Shown: positions 9,085 to 20,739, numbered from the stretch's first letter. The stretch: 64,000 bases of DNA from an uncultured delta proteobacterium (GCA_963850305.1 CAWKKR010000008.1:416001-480000), one strand, 5' to 3'. Notes: generated by a model not told the origin, from the letters alone. Numbers and translations: made by a program.

Positions 9085-12000
9085 CTACGCCTCTTCCCCG
9101 AGCCACTCGCGGGCGAGGGCTATCGTGCGGCGATTGGGCTCGTGGTTCGTGAGGTATGCGTGTCGCGTCGCCCCGTCGTCGAAGCCGCCAGCGTGGCGGA
9201 GGAGCCGGTCGCGCGCGGTTCGGATCGCGCCGTTAGCCTCCATCTCACGTCCAGCAGCGCGGAGGCACTCGGCGTGGCTGAGGAGCACGATGCTGCGGTG
9301 GGTTGGCGACATCGGGGACTCTTTGTGGCCGGTGGCGGCGCGCTCGGCGAGGGCGAGGGCTTCTCCGACGGCGCCGCGCGCGAGAAGAACCTGCGCGTGC
9401 AACGCATGCATCACCTGGTGGAAAATCGGCATCGTTGCGTCGACTTCCGAAAGCGAGGGCAGGCAACGCTCCGCAGCGTCGGCATCGTGCGCGCGGTGAA
9501 GAAAGAAAGCCGCTAATGAGATCCGAGCTGAGCCCCTCCTCGACGCATCCGTCGCGTCCAGGTGTGGACGGAGCAACTCCGGACCGTCGAGCGCCCCCGA
9601 ATCCGCCAGTGCCACGCTTCTCATCAGGCGCGCCGAGGCAACGGTGTAGTCGGCTCCGATCGCTCGATTGAGCTCGGACGCCTGCTCGAACTCCGTGGCG
9701 GCCTCGCTGAAGTGCCCCACTTCATAGAGCCCGAAACCAGCGTAGTACGGGACGAGCGGAATCGACCAGGACGATTCGGACAGGGCGAGTTGACGCGAGC
9801 TCTCACGCGCCATCGCGAGGCCGCGTGCGACATCGTCGTCGGCCCAGGATGCGACCCAGTGACACGCCATCACACGGTAGCCACAAAAGTCCGGTCCCAG
9901 TGCTGCGCTCGCGCCGACGGCGGCAGCGGCCTCGTCCATGCGTCCGAGAATGCGCCGCCCGAGGACCGATTGCCCGAACATCAGCGCACCCACGACGAGA
10001 GCCAGGAGCGCAAATCCGAGCGGCCCTGTCGCCGCCGGCATTGCTTCGAGCGCCATCACACTCGACAAGATCTCGGCGCCGACCACCGCGCTTTCGTCCG
10101 ACCACGCGGCGACCATGATCGAGCCGGCCGCGAGAAACCAAGCCGGATGCGTGGCAGGGAGAAGCCGGATCGCGTCGCGTCCCGCTTCGACCATCAGACG
10201 CGCGTCTCCCAGGGATAGGGCCCTCCCCGCCTGCTGCGCACGGACGAGTCCCCGGTTCATCCCGGTTGCGCCTGCGGCGAGTGCTCGATCTCCGAGCTCG
10301 ATGGACCTCCGCGGGGATGCACGACCGACGCTTTCGAACATCGCCGTCACGAGCCACGGCACCGCGTTGGCCAGGTCCTCTGCCCGTTCGAAGTGGTCTG
10401 CCACGGCGAGTGGCTCGGCTCCGTCGATCCGCCCGAGCCACTCGCCCGCAAGAACATGTCCCGCCTTGCGATCGCTCTCCGTGAGCATGCCGTAGGCCGA
10501 GTCGCGGAGCAGGGCGTGGCGAAATGTGTATTCCCGTTGCCCGGCGAACCGGCTGTCCGCTACCCGGCTCAGCACTTCGCGCTCCGCCAGCGCTTCCAGC
10601 CACGCTCCGGCGCCCGCGTCGCCGCCAAGAAGAGCGGACACTCCGCCCTCCCAGCACACCTCTCCGAACACGCTCGCTGCCCGCAAGACGCGGCGCGCTT
10701 CCGGCTCGAGGCGCTCGAGGCGCGACGCGGCCATTGCCGTGACCGTCTCCGGGAGGCCCTCGCTCCCCTCTGCCGCGCTCCGGATGAGCTCTTCGAGATA
10801 AAAAGCGTTGCCCTCGGCTCGCTCCACGATGCGGGACACGATGTCCGGGCGTGCGCTTTCACCGAGCACCGAGCGCACGAGTCGCTCAGCCGCGCGTCGG
10901 GTGAGCCCGTCGAGGCGAACATCCTGGGCTCCGGAGCGCCCCCACAGCTTCGGGAACACGTCGCGGCCCTCGGGCCTGCCGAGTGCCACGATGAGCAAGG
11001 GGCTGTCCGCGAGTCGCCCCAGGGCGGCTTCGATTTGCGCCACGCTCTCGGGATCCGCCCAGTGGGAGATCCTCCACGATCAGGACCAGTGGCCCTCGCG
11101 CACATTCCGCATCGAACCACGCCGGGATCGCCTGCCGCACTCTCTCCCCCAGGAGCCTCGGGTCGTTGCGCGCGGCGAGGAGTCTGTGGCTCGGCGGATG
11201 CGGCGTCGGGACACCGATGGCCTCGCCGACGAACTCCGCCGCGCGCTGCGCCTCCTCGTCGGGCCAGAGGGCCTGCAGGTACTCGAAGAAGCGCACCTGC
11301 TGCACGGGCAGGGGCTCGCCGTCGCGGAGTCGTGCTGCTCTCCGGATCAGACTTCGCACGATGGCGAGAGCAGAGCTTCCACCGACGGCCTCGCTGCGCG
11401 CGAGGAGCACGCGCGCTTTCCCGTCCCGCCGAGCACGTGCCAGAAATTCGGTGGCGAGGCGCGACTTCCCGACGCCCGGCGGTGCCGTCACGAGCACGAG
11501 GCGAGCCACGCTGTCGTCGGTGCACTCGGCGAGGGTTGCTTCGAGGAGGCCGAGCTCCTTCTCTCGTCCGACGGTCGGCGTCGGTTTTCCGAGAAGGGTT
11601 CGCCGGGCGTCGAGCCCGACCGCCTCTCCTACGAGCAGCGGGCCCGATCCGTCTCGCTGCACCACGAAACGCCCGCCGAGTAGCCCGGCGCTCAGAATCG
11701 TCGAGGAGGATCCCCGCGCGAGGCGCCGGAGTCTCCGCCCGCAGGAGCGCCGCGACCCGATCGATCGCCGGGCCGATCGGGAGCCGCTCTCCCGTTTCCG
11801 CGCGTCCCGTGGCGAGCGCAATCCGCAGGTCAGGGAACGCACGGCGTACTGCGAGCGCGCACGCTGCCGCGCGCGCCGCCTGGTCGGTGGCCGCACCCTT
11901 TCCCGAGTGCACGAAGAGGAGCGAGCCGCCCTGCACCGCGGTCAGCTCGGCGTCGAACTGGCGCGCGATTTCCTGCGCTCGACCGAGCTCCGAGTCCGCC

Positions 12001-12953
12001 GCATCGGGTGTGGACGTTTCGGCGACGGCTGCGCCTCCGGAAGGCTCGGCAAGAATGACGCTGACGACCCGCTGTTCCGAGCGCGTGAGACTCGCCGGCG
12101 AGAGCGAAGAACGGTCACGCTTCTCTGCCGGCGAAGCCCCGAGGGTATCGAACAGATCGCGCAGCCGTGCAGCACTCTCGGGACGCTCATCGCGGTTCTT
12201 CGCGAGCATCGCCGCGACGAGCGTGGCGAGTGCCTCCCCGACCTCGGGTCGGAGCTCCGTCACTCGCGGCGCCTCCTCGGTGAGCACCTTCGCCAGGATC
12301 GCGACGGCGTGCTCGCCCTCGAACGCGGGGCGTCCCGTCAAGCACTCGAACAGCACGCACCCGAGCGCAAACACGTCCGCTCGCGCGTCCACGTCGCGCG
12401 AGCCCATGGCCTGCTCGGGCGCCATGTAGCCGACGGTCCCGAGCATCGCGCCCGTCTGCGTCAGGCCACGAGTCCCCCCGGCGCCGCGCGCGATCCCGAA
12501 GTCGAGCACCTTCACCCGCTGGACGTCGCTCTCGACCAGGAACAGATTGCTCGGCTTCAGATCACGATGAACGATGCCCTGCGCGTGCGCGACGGTTAGG
12601 GCCTCGGTCGCGCGCCGGATCAGCACCAGACTCTCCTCGACGGTCAGGGCCTTCCTCGAGAGCCGCTCCGCGAGATCCTCACCCTCGAGGAGCTCCATCA
12701 CGAGAAAAGATCGTCCTTCTGCCGTCTCCCCGTGCGCGACGTACCGCACGATCCCGGGGTGCGACAGGTCGGAGAGCAGCCGCGCTTCCCGCCGAAACCG
12801 CTCCGCCGCGCCGTCCGTCACGAGGTCGAGAACCTTCAACGCGACGGGCTCACCGCCCAGCCGATCGGCGGCGCGAAATACCGAGCCCATCCCGCCGCTG
12901 CCGATGGGATGCTCGATGACGAACCGATCCGCGACCACGTCGCCGACCCACAT
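9085..12953 (-). CDS. Ser/Thr kinase-AAA-TPR paralog 2, with two apparent 1-nt insertions (~11696, ~11065)
   Basis: MWVGD start at 12953. Pieces in ORFs 10569-13031, 10886-11896 and 9085-11043 join to give LLDDLSAGLL and VEDLHWADPES. Confidence 0.85.
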
Positions 12954-12961
12954 GGATGGCG

Positions 12962-12990
12962 AGGATCGGTCATCGCCGGAAGAACGTCCA
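12962..12990 (-). promoter_or_regulatory. Putative sigma70-like promoter for kinase 2 (near-leaderless)
   Basis: TGGACG-17-GATCCT, 8 nt before the ATG. The same layout precedes kinase 3. Confidence 0.45.
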
Positions 12991-13050
12991 GCGGGCGTGC
13001 CGATCGCGGCGCCGTGGCTGCGATCGGGCATCCGTGGCGGACCGCGCGCA

Positions 13051-13156
13051 TGTCCAAACGGTGGACGGCTCGGCGCCGGGGACTGTTCAGGTACCCGGAC
13101 GCTCCGCTCCGGAAGAGCACGTTTCCCGGCTTCTCGTGAGTGGCACGGCTTCTGCT
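13051..13156 (+). promoter_or_regulatory. sigma54 promoter with upstream palindromic sites
   Basis: TGGCACGGCTTCTGCT at 13141-13156. TGTCCA-N5-TGGACG at 13051 and TGTTCA-N6-CGGACG at 13084. Confidence 0.75.
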
Positions 13157-13180
13157 GTTCTGGCCAGCAGACCCGGAGCG

Positions 13181-13441
13181 ATGACGATCATGATCACCCT
13201 GTGGCGACGCCCGCTGAAGTCGAACGTCGCCGTCCCCTGGGACCAGCTCATGAGGTCTCAGCTCAGGTCGGCCCCGCGCCCGCTCGCGTCGCCTGGTGTG
13301 CGGGAACCGGCGAAAGTGACCGTGGCGGTAGTCGGAACTTCGAGCACCGGGTCGAGAACCGGAGCCGAACCTGCCCGAGCGCGCACGTCGAACGGAGTCG
13401 CGGCTCAGGGCTGGGCGCTCGAGAGAGCAGGCGCGGCGTGA
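13181..13441 (+). CDS. Small hypothetical protein (86 aa)
   Basis: GGAG 2 nt before the ATG (alternative in-frame ATG at 13190), GC-rich third codon positions, directly downstream of the sigma54 promoter. No recognisable motif. Confidence 0.4.
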   Translation: MTIMITLWRRPLKSNVAVPWDQLMRSQLRSAPRPLASPGVREPAKVTVAVVGTSSTGSRTGAEPARARTSNGVAAQGWALERAGAA

Positions 13442-13526
13442 CGGCTGATTTGCTTCGCGAGACCGTCAGTCAGCGGGGGTGCGTCATTGAAGGCGCTGCC
13501 CCGCAGGAGAGCAGTGAGGAAACCCA

Positions 13527-15279
13527 ATGCAAAAATACCTAGTTCTATCGGCCACGGCGCTCGGGTGTCTGTCAGGCTGGGGGATCACGGGGTGCGGGAG
13601 TGGCGCGCCTTCCGTCTCCGGAGCCGCGCAACCCGGAGCGGCGCTCACCCCACCGAGCAGTGATCACTCGCTTCGCGACCTCACCGTGGATACTCCTCTG
13701 GATTTGCCGCCGTGCAATCACGGCGGTGAGGGAACCGTCGCCTACGTGGCGTCCACGAAGAGTCTCGTCGCTTGCGTGAAGGACAAGTGGACTCCGATTC
13801 GACATCCCGGCGGGGTCCGCCGGAAAGGAAGCGCCGCCAGGTCCGGTCGGTGCGACCGGTCCCGCGGGACCTGCCGGTGCAACGGGACCTGCAGGCGCGA
13901 CGGGTTCAGCGGGTGCGACGGGGCCGCAAGGCCCGGCGGGTCCCGGCGGCGTCGCAGGTCCCGTCGGAGCCACGGGCGCGCAAGGCCCGGCAGGTGAAGC
14001 GGGGCCGGCGGGTCTCGGCTTGAACTCTCGCATCTTGCTGACGCCCATTGCGGCTGGAACGACGTGCCCGTCGGGTGGAACCCAGATCGACGTCGGCATC
14101 GATGCGAACGACAACGGCGAACTGGATCAAAATGAGATCCAGCAGACGGCCACCCTCTGCAGCGGCCCTCCGGGCGTCTCTTCGCCGCAGCTCGACGCGG
14201 CTGTCGGTTCCCGCGATGGCGGTGTCGGAACGCCAGAAGTCGACGACGGCACCGACGGGGCGGCGCCCGGGATCTGTGGGAACGGCGTTCGAGAGCGCGG
14301 CGAACAGTGCGACGATGGCAATCAAATGAACCTGGACGGTTGCGACGCGGCCTGCCGATTCGAGCAAATCCAACGAATCAACTCGCTGACCATGCAATGG
14401 GCCACGGACTCGCTCTGCGCCGTGAACGCGCTCGGCTCGGCGATCCTCGCGCCAGCCCAGCCGTCGTTCCAGACGAGTCTGGACGCCGCGGTCAGCGACG
14501 GCACCATCACGGCGTTGCTCGACTTCCGACAGCTCGACGACCTCACGGGGACAGGCGACGAATCCATCGAGGTCGGCGCGTTCAGCGGCACCCCGCGAGC
14601 AGGGACGGGCTACGACGGGAAGAGCGATCTCGACTGGTGGTACACGACCGACGGAGCTTCGATCGACTCGAATCGGATCCCTCGAGCCGCACTGGGCGGT
14701 AGCATCGTTGCGAAGGTCCTTGCTGCGGGGCCTGGCGCACTGAGCGTTCCGTTCAATCCGGGCGGCTCACCGGGAGCGCTCGTCATGTCAAATGCGCTCC
14801 TCGAGGCCACCATTGGCGCGGCGTCCACACCGCTCTCGTCGTCCGGCAGTCCACCCGGTCACCTGCCTGGGGAGCACCTCGACCCGAGCTTGACGAGCTT
14901 TGGCTCCACGCAAGGCGGCGAGCTCTGCGGGAACGTCAGCGCGACGTCGCTGTCGCGCATCGCGTTGCCGGCCGCACTCACGGGCGGAGCGTGCTCTGTC
15001 GGCTACTTGTCGGCAAACTCGCTGCTGGATCTGCTCGTCGATGGGTGCACTACCCTAGGGCTCGTTTCGCTCGTCCGCGCCACGCAGCCCGATCAGGTCG
15101 ACCCCGCGGCTCCGATCGCAGGTGCCGGCGGACGGTATCAGCTGGTCACGAACTCGCAGCACCAGGTGATCACCTGCAAGGACCACGCGGGCTCGGCCGT
15201 GCCCCTCGGCGCGTGTCTCGACGCCGCGGCATATTCGAGCTTCTTTCGGTTCTCCACTGACCGGGTCGTCGTCAAGTGA
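13527..15279 (+). CDS. Surface lipoprotein with collagen-like G-X-Y repeat and Myxococcales Cys-rich repeat; apparent +1 frameshift ~13800
   Basis: Signal ending [20 protein letters not shown]... repeats at ~13840-14019; CPSGG...[11 protein letters not shown] module; [16 protein letters not shown]...DGCDAAC. Confidence 0.8.
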
Positions 15280-18200
15280 CTACTCCCCGAGCCACTCCTT
15301 CGCCAGCGCGAGCGTCCGCGCGTTGGCTGGAAGGTTCGTCGTGAAGCAGCGCGCGAGCTCGGGGTCGCCGAAGGAGGCCGCGATGCGGAGGATGCGGTCG
15401 CGCGCGACGCGGAAGGCTTCTTCGGCTGCCGCGCGGTCGCCGAGGGTCGCGAGGGCCTCCGCGCGGGTGAGGAGGATTTGGGACCGCATGATCGGGTCCG
15501 CTCCGTGGCGATGCGCCGAGGCCAGGGCCTGATCCGAAAAGTCGCGGGCGCCGCTTGCGTCGCCGCGAGCGAGCTGCACTCGTGCACGCACGTAGAGCTG
15601 GTATTGAGCAAAAGGTGGCATCACTCTCGCCCCCTCGTCTGCAAGAAGGACGTGTTCCTCGACGGCGTCGAGCTCGGCCGCGTGAAGGAGCGCCTCGGCA
15701 CGGACCAGCCTCGAGAACGCCACCACGGATAGATGCTCCGAGGGAGCCAGCGAATCGAGGATTCTGGCTTGCAACAGGGACCTCGCCGTGCCGAAGGCGG
15801 ATCCACGCGAGCAACGTCTCGGCCATCCCGCCAACGGTATGGTTCAGGGTGGCTGCGAGCCGTTCTCGAGCTTTCCGGAGTTCCTTCTCTGCGAGGCCAA
15901 GGTCACCCGCGTCACACAGTGCGATGCCAAGGTAATAGGCACCGAACGGCCAACCGATACCTTCTCCGGTAGCCTCGAAGATCGCCTCCGCCTCCCGGGC
16001 CGCTCGAAGCGATCCAGAAGGCTCATCTCGATAGCGATCGAGGAAGTGATGAGATGTCAGGAGCCAGGCTACGAACGCCGGCTCGCGGGTCGTAGCACGC
16101 TCGCGGGCGGTATCCGCTCGCCGGAGCACAGTGCCGGCCGTTGATGGGTCTCCCAGCAAGGTCAGCGTCACGACCAGCGTGTGAATCGCCCATCCCACGG
16201 AGCCCACGGGCGGGACGTCTTTCGTTTCGTCGAGCGCGACGCGGAGCATCTCGGCGATGGGGCGCGGATCGGTCATGGCGACGGACGCGGAACCCGCTGC
16301 CACGTACCAGAGCGTGCTGCCCTCCGGGAGCAGCGACATCGCCTCCAGCCCATACTCGAGGAGCTCCGGCCCCGCCGACGCTACTGCGACCAGCGCTTGA
16401 ATCGCACGGAGCTTCCCCTGGGCCTCGCCCCGCGCCCCGAGCCGGATGCCGCGCTCGGCGAGCTCGACGACCGGGAGGAACGACTTCCCGTCGAACGTCT
16501 GATCGAAGAGCTTCGCCGCCGCCATCCCGACCCACTCGGCGGCGCGTGCGAGGTCGCCGCTCGCCTCGAAGTGGTTCGCGACGACGAGCGGGTCCTCACC
16601 GCGCGCTTCGAGCCACGTCCCGGCGAGCCCGTGCCCCGTCGCCCGGTCGACCTCCGTCAGCGACGCGTACGCCGCTTCCCGGAGGAGCGAGTGGCGGAAG
16701 GCATACTCGCGCTCGCCCGCGATGGTGCTCGACTCGACCGACTCGAGGAGCTCGCTCGCCACGAGGCCGTCGATGCCGTCGCGCACGCCGTCTCGCGACG
16801 TGTCTCCCGCGACGGCGACGACGCCGCCTTCCCAGAACGTCTCCCCGAACACGCTGGCCGCTCTGAGGAGCCTGCGTGCGGTCGCGGATTGCTGCTCGAG
16901 CCGCGCCTGCGCCATCGCGACGACCGTTTCGGGCAGCGTCGTCGCCCCGCTCGCGATGCTGCGGATGAGCTCTTCCAGGAAGAAGGCGTTGCCCTCGGCG
17001 AGCATCACAATCCGCGCGATCGTCTCGCCGGGGACGTCGCTGCCGAGCACCGAGCGCGCGAGCTCCTCCGACGCGCGCCGGCCGAGCCCCGGGAGCGAGA
17101 CCTCCTGCGTCCCGGGCCACGCGGTCCGCTCGCGCGCCTCCGGTCGACCGAGCGCGAGCACGAAGAGCGGCGCGCTCGCGAGCTTCCGGAGCACGGAGCC
17201 AACGAACGTGATGGTCGAAGCGTCCGCCCAGTGCACGTCCTCGAGCATCAGGAGCACGGGCCCCGCCGCACATTCCGCCTCGAGCCATTCCTCCGAGCTC
17301 CGCCGCAGCCAGTACCGCATCAGGTCGGGGTTGCTTCGCGCCGCGAGGAGCTGATCCGTGGGCGATTCCGGCGATGGCGCGCCGACCAGCTCGCCGAGAA
17401 ACTCCGCCACGCGTCCCGGCGCTTCGAGCCGCAAGCCGAGGGCGTGTTCCCGGATCCGCGCGTACTGCACGGAGGGCGGCTCCGCTTCGCGAGCAGAGGT
17501 CGCGTCGCGCACGAGGAGGGACAGGACCGTGCCCACGGCATCCGCAGACACCGGAGCTCCGCGGGCGAAGAAGATCCGGAGCGCCCTGCGCTCGCGCACG
17601 CGGTCCATCAGCTCGCGCCCGAGCCGCGATTTTCCCCCGCCAGCTGGGGCGGTGACCAGCACGCACCGCGCGGCGCGCTCGTCGATGCACTCGTCCAGGG
17701 TCGCCGTGAGCAGGCCGAGCTCCCGGTCGCGCCCGACGCACGGCGTGGGACGGCCGAGCAGCGTGCGCGGCCGGGTGGCGCCCTGGCGCACCGAGACGAG
17801 CGCGTGCGCGCCGCCCGCTTCGACCACCTCGAACTGCGCGCCGAGCAGGCCGGCGGTCACGTCGTCCACGAGCACGCGGTGTCCGTCCACCCGCGCGCTC
17901 CGTAACAGCGCCGCGGCGCGATCGATTGCGGGCCCGATGAAGCGCTCTTCGTGCGCCTCTGCGAGGCTCGTCGCGACGGCGATCCTGTAATCCGGGAGCG
18001 CCCGGGCGAGCTCGAGCGCGGCCTGGGCGGCGCGTGCCGAGAGATCGCTCGCGACGCCGCTGTCCTGCAGCGTGAGGAGGAGCGTGCCGCCGAGGAGCCA
18101 GCGCAGCTCCGCGCCGTGCCGGCTCGCGATCTGCGAGACCCCTTCGAGCTCCGCCGAGCCCTGGTCCGGCGTGGCCGTCGCGGCATGCGCGCTGGCGGCG

Positions 18201-19123
18201 GCGTCCCCCTCCACGAGGATCACGGCCGCCATGCGGCGCTCCGCCGCTCCGAGGGACGCCGGCGCCGCCGTCACCCGGGGCTCGGCGCTTCCAGTGACAG
18301 CTCCGGTGGTCACAGACTCCAGCCGTCCGATCAGCGCCGCGGCGTCCGGCGGACGGTGCGCGGGCTCCTTGGCGAGCATCTGCGCGACGAGCTCCTCGAG
18401 CGCGACCGGGAGCTCTGGGCACAGCTGCCGGAGCCTCGGCGCCTCCTCCACGAGGACCTTCGCGAGGATCGCGACCACGTGGTCCCCCGTGAAGGCCGGG
18501 CGCCCGGCGAGGCACTCAAACAGCACGCACCCGAGCGAGAACACGTCCGCGCGCGCGTCGACGGCTCCGCTCGCCGTCGCCTGCTCGGGAGCCATGTAGC
18601 CGACCGTGCCGAGAAGGGTGCCCGTCTGCGTGAGGCCGCGGGTCTGGAGACCGGCGCGCGCGATCCCGAAGTCTAGCACCTTCAACCGCTCGCCGTCGCT
18701 CTCGACCAGGAACAGATTGCTCGGCTTCACGTCCCGGTGAACGATCCCCTTGCCGTGCGCGAATGCGAGCGCCTCGGCCGCCTCGCGAACGAGGCCGACG
18801 CTCTCCGCGGTCGTTGGTCTCCCGCGGGCGAGCCGCTCCGCGAGGTCCTCTCCATCGAGCAGCTCCATGGCGAGGAACGGGCGATGCTCCGCCGTCTCCC
18901 CGTGAGCGACGTAGCGGACGATGCCAGGGTGCGTCAGCTCCGACAGCACGCGCACCTCGCGACCGAAGCGCTCTCTCGCCGCCTCGTCCGTCAGATCGAG
19001 CACCTTCAGCGCGACCGCGCCTCCCGCGACCCGGTCCGCGGCGAGGAACACCGACCCCATGCCCCCGCTCCCGATTGGGCGCACGATCTCGAACCGCTCC
19101 GCGACGACGTCACCGACCCACAT
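15280..19123 (-). CDS. Ser/Thr kinase-AAA-TPR paralog 3; apparent frameshift ~15770
   Basis: Same kinase motifs, APAGGGKS and LEDVHWAD. The true C-terminus (…ARDRILRIA…LAKEWLGE) lies in ORF 15280-15834. Confidence 0.88.
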
Positions 19124-19133
19124 TCGAGCCCGG

Positions 19134-19162
19134 AGGATTGGTCAATCGCCGCGGAACGTCCA
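19134..19162 (-). promoter_or_regulatory. Putative sigma70-like promoter for kinase 3
   Basis: TGGACG-17-AATCCT, 10 nt before the ATG; homologous to 12962-12990. Confidence 0.45.
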
Positions 19163-19440
19163 GCGCGCTGCCGTCCGGGCCCTCTCGATGACCTGATGCG
19201 CCGTCTCGACGCCCCGGTGCCTTCGGATGACGAGAGGCCCGTGCGCCGTGCATCCGATCTCCCGTCCCCCCGGCGCGCCTGCGCGGCTGCACCTCGCCAC
19301 GGCGCCTGCAGGCTGGCCCAGCAGCGGCAACGTTCTCCAGCCGCGCTCGTCCCCGCGGTGCGGCCCCCGAAGCTTTCGCCGCTGCGAATTCATGCGCCAA
19401 ACTCGACCCCGCTCCCGGATCCGGTTGCTCGCGGGCGCGT

Positions 19441-19830
19441 GATAGCGCGGTAGCCGAGATCGCGCTGGCGGCGCTCGGAGCGTGCCTCGACCTCGACGCG
19501 GAGCGCGCGACGTTTTACGCTGATGTCGTCCGTGTCGCCCTCGGCGGCGACGCCCGCACGGCACTGGAGAATCTCATGCAATTCCCGGAGCACCGTGAAT
19601 ACCAGAGCGAGTTCGTCAAGAAGCACGTCTCCCAAGGACGCGCGGAGGGGCATGCCGAGGGCCGCGCACAGGAGGCGGGACGCGCCGTCGTGGCGGTGCT
19701 CGAGGCGCGCGGGCTCGCGATCTCGGCCGAGCACCGGACCCGCATTCTGGCTTGCACGAGCATCGACGTGCTCGAAGCATGGATTCGCCGCGCCGTGACC
19801 GTCGCGTCCGTCGAAGACCTGTTCGGCTGA
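19441..19830 (+). pseudogene. C-terminal half of an Rpn/PD-(D/E)XK-associated multicopy family protein (N-terminus missing)
   Basis: AALGACLDLDAERATFYADVV...EYQSEF...GRAEGHAEG...VLEARGL...RILAC...LEAWIRRAVTVASVEDLF. Confidence 0.6.
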
Positions 19831-19859
19831 GGACGGCGCGCCGTCGGGACGAGTGCAAA

Positions 19860-20013
19860 CCGGTTGCTCGACCCGCGCCAGAGCCCGTAAAGGGCCCCAC
19901 CCTCGCGCGTCGAGGCCCATCGCACTATCGCCCCTGGGCCCAGCGTCTCCGCAGAACCTTCGGCATCGACGTCGAGACCTGCCCCAAGTGCGGCGGGCGC
20001 ATGCGCCTGCTCA
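19860..20013 (+). mobile_element. IS91/ISCR-like (Y2) transposase C-terminal remnant
   Basis: YRPWAQRLRRTFGIDVETCPKCGGRMRLL matches the WAxxLxRxFxIDVxxCPxCGGxM C-terminal motif of IS91-family transposases. Confidence 0.7.
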
Positions 20014-20560
20014 CGGCAGCACGTCTCGAGCGTCGAGGACGCGTCCGTCGGCGTCGAGAGGCTCGTCGAGCGTCGAGAGGCACGTCTCGAGCGTCGAGAA
20101 GCACGTCTCGAGCGTCGAGAGGCGCGTCTCGAGCGTCGAGAGGCACGTCTCGAGCCTCGAGAGGCACGTCTCGAGCGTCGAGAGGCACGTCTCGAGCCTC
20201 GAGAGGCACGTCTCGAGCGTCGAGAGGCACGTCTCGAGCGTCGAGAGGCGCTTCACGCGGCGCGAGGGCGCGTCCGTCGGCGTCGAGAGGCGCGTCTCGA
20301 GCGTCGAGAGGCACGTCTCGAGCGTCGAGAGGCGCTTCACGCGGCGCGAGGGCGCGTCCGTCGGCGTCGAGAGGCGCGTCTCGAGCGTCGAGAGGCACGT
20401 CTCGAGCCTCGAGAGGCACGTCTCGAGCCTCGAGGACGCGTCCGTCGGCGTCGAGAAGCGCGTCTCGAGCGTCGAGAGGCGCGTCTCGAGCGTCGAGAGG
20501 CACGTCTCGAGCGTCGAGGACGCGTCCGTCGGCCTCGAGAGGCACGTCTCGAGCGTCGAG
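20014..20560. repeat. 21-bp tandem array 2 (~26 units, three unit types)
   Basis: A and B units plus C = GAGAGGCGCTTCACGCGGCGC. One 19-nt unit at 20056. Confidence 0.95.
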
Positions 20561-20739
20561 GTCGTCGAAGGGGGCGCCCTCGGCTAGCGTTGCCGTCCAG
20601 CTCGGGGTCAGGCGTTCGGCGGCTTTCTGTCGGCCCAGGGCCGCGCTTGCTCGAGCTTCACCCACCGAGGTGATCTGCTTCACCCACCGAAGGGATGCCC
20701 GCGGAGCCGTCATCGGACAGCGGTAACGGGCGGAGCGCT

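Noticed and set aside
13440..13526. Riboswitch upstream of the collagen-like gene
   Set aside because: Hairpins are present but I recognise no conserved aptamer motif.
20014..20560. 21-bp arrays as CRISPR or as genuine genes (ORFs 649-1173, 19853-20587, 51339-52294, etc.)
   Set aside because: No spacers. The ORFs exist because the GC-rich unit is largely stop-free; they lack RBSs and the frame slips within the arrays.
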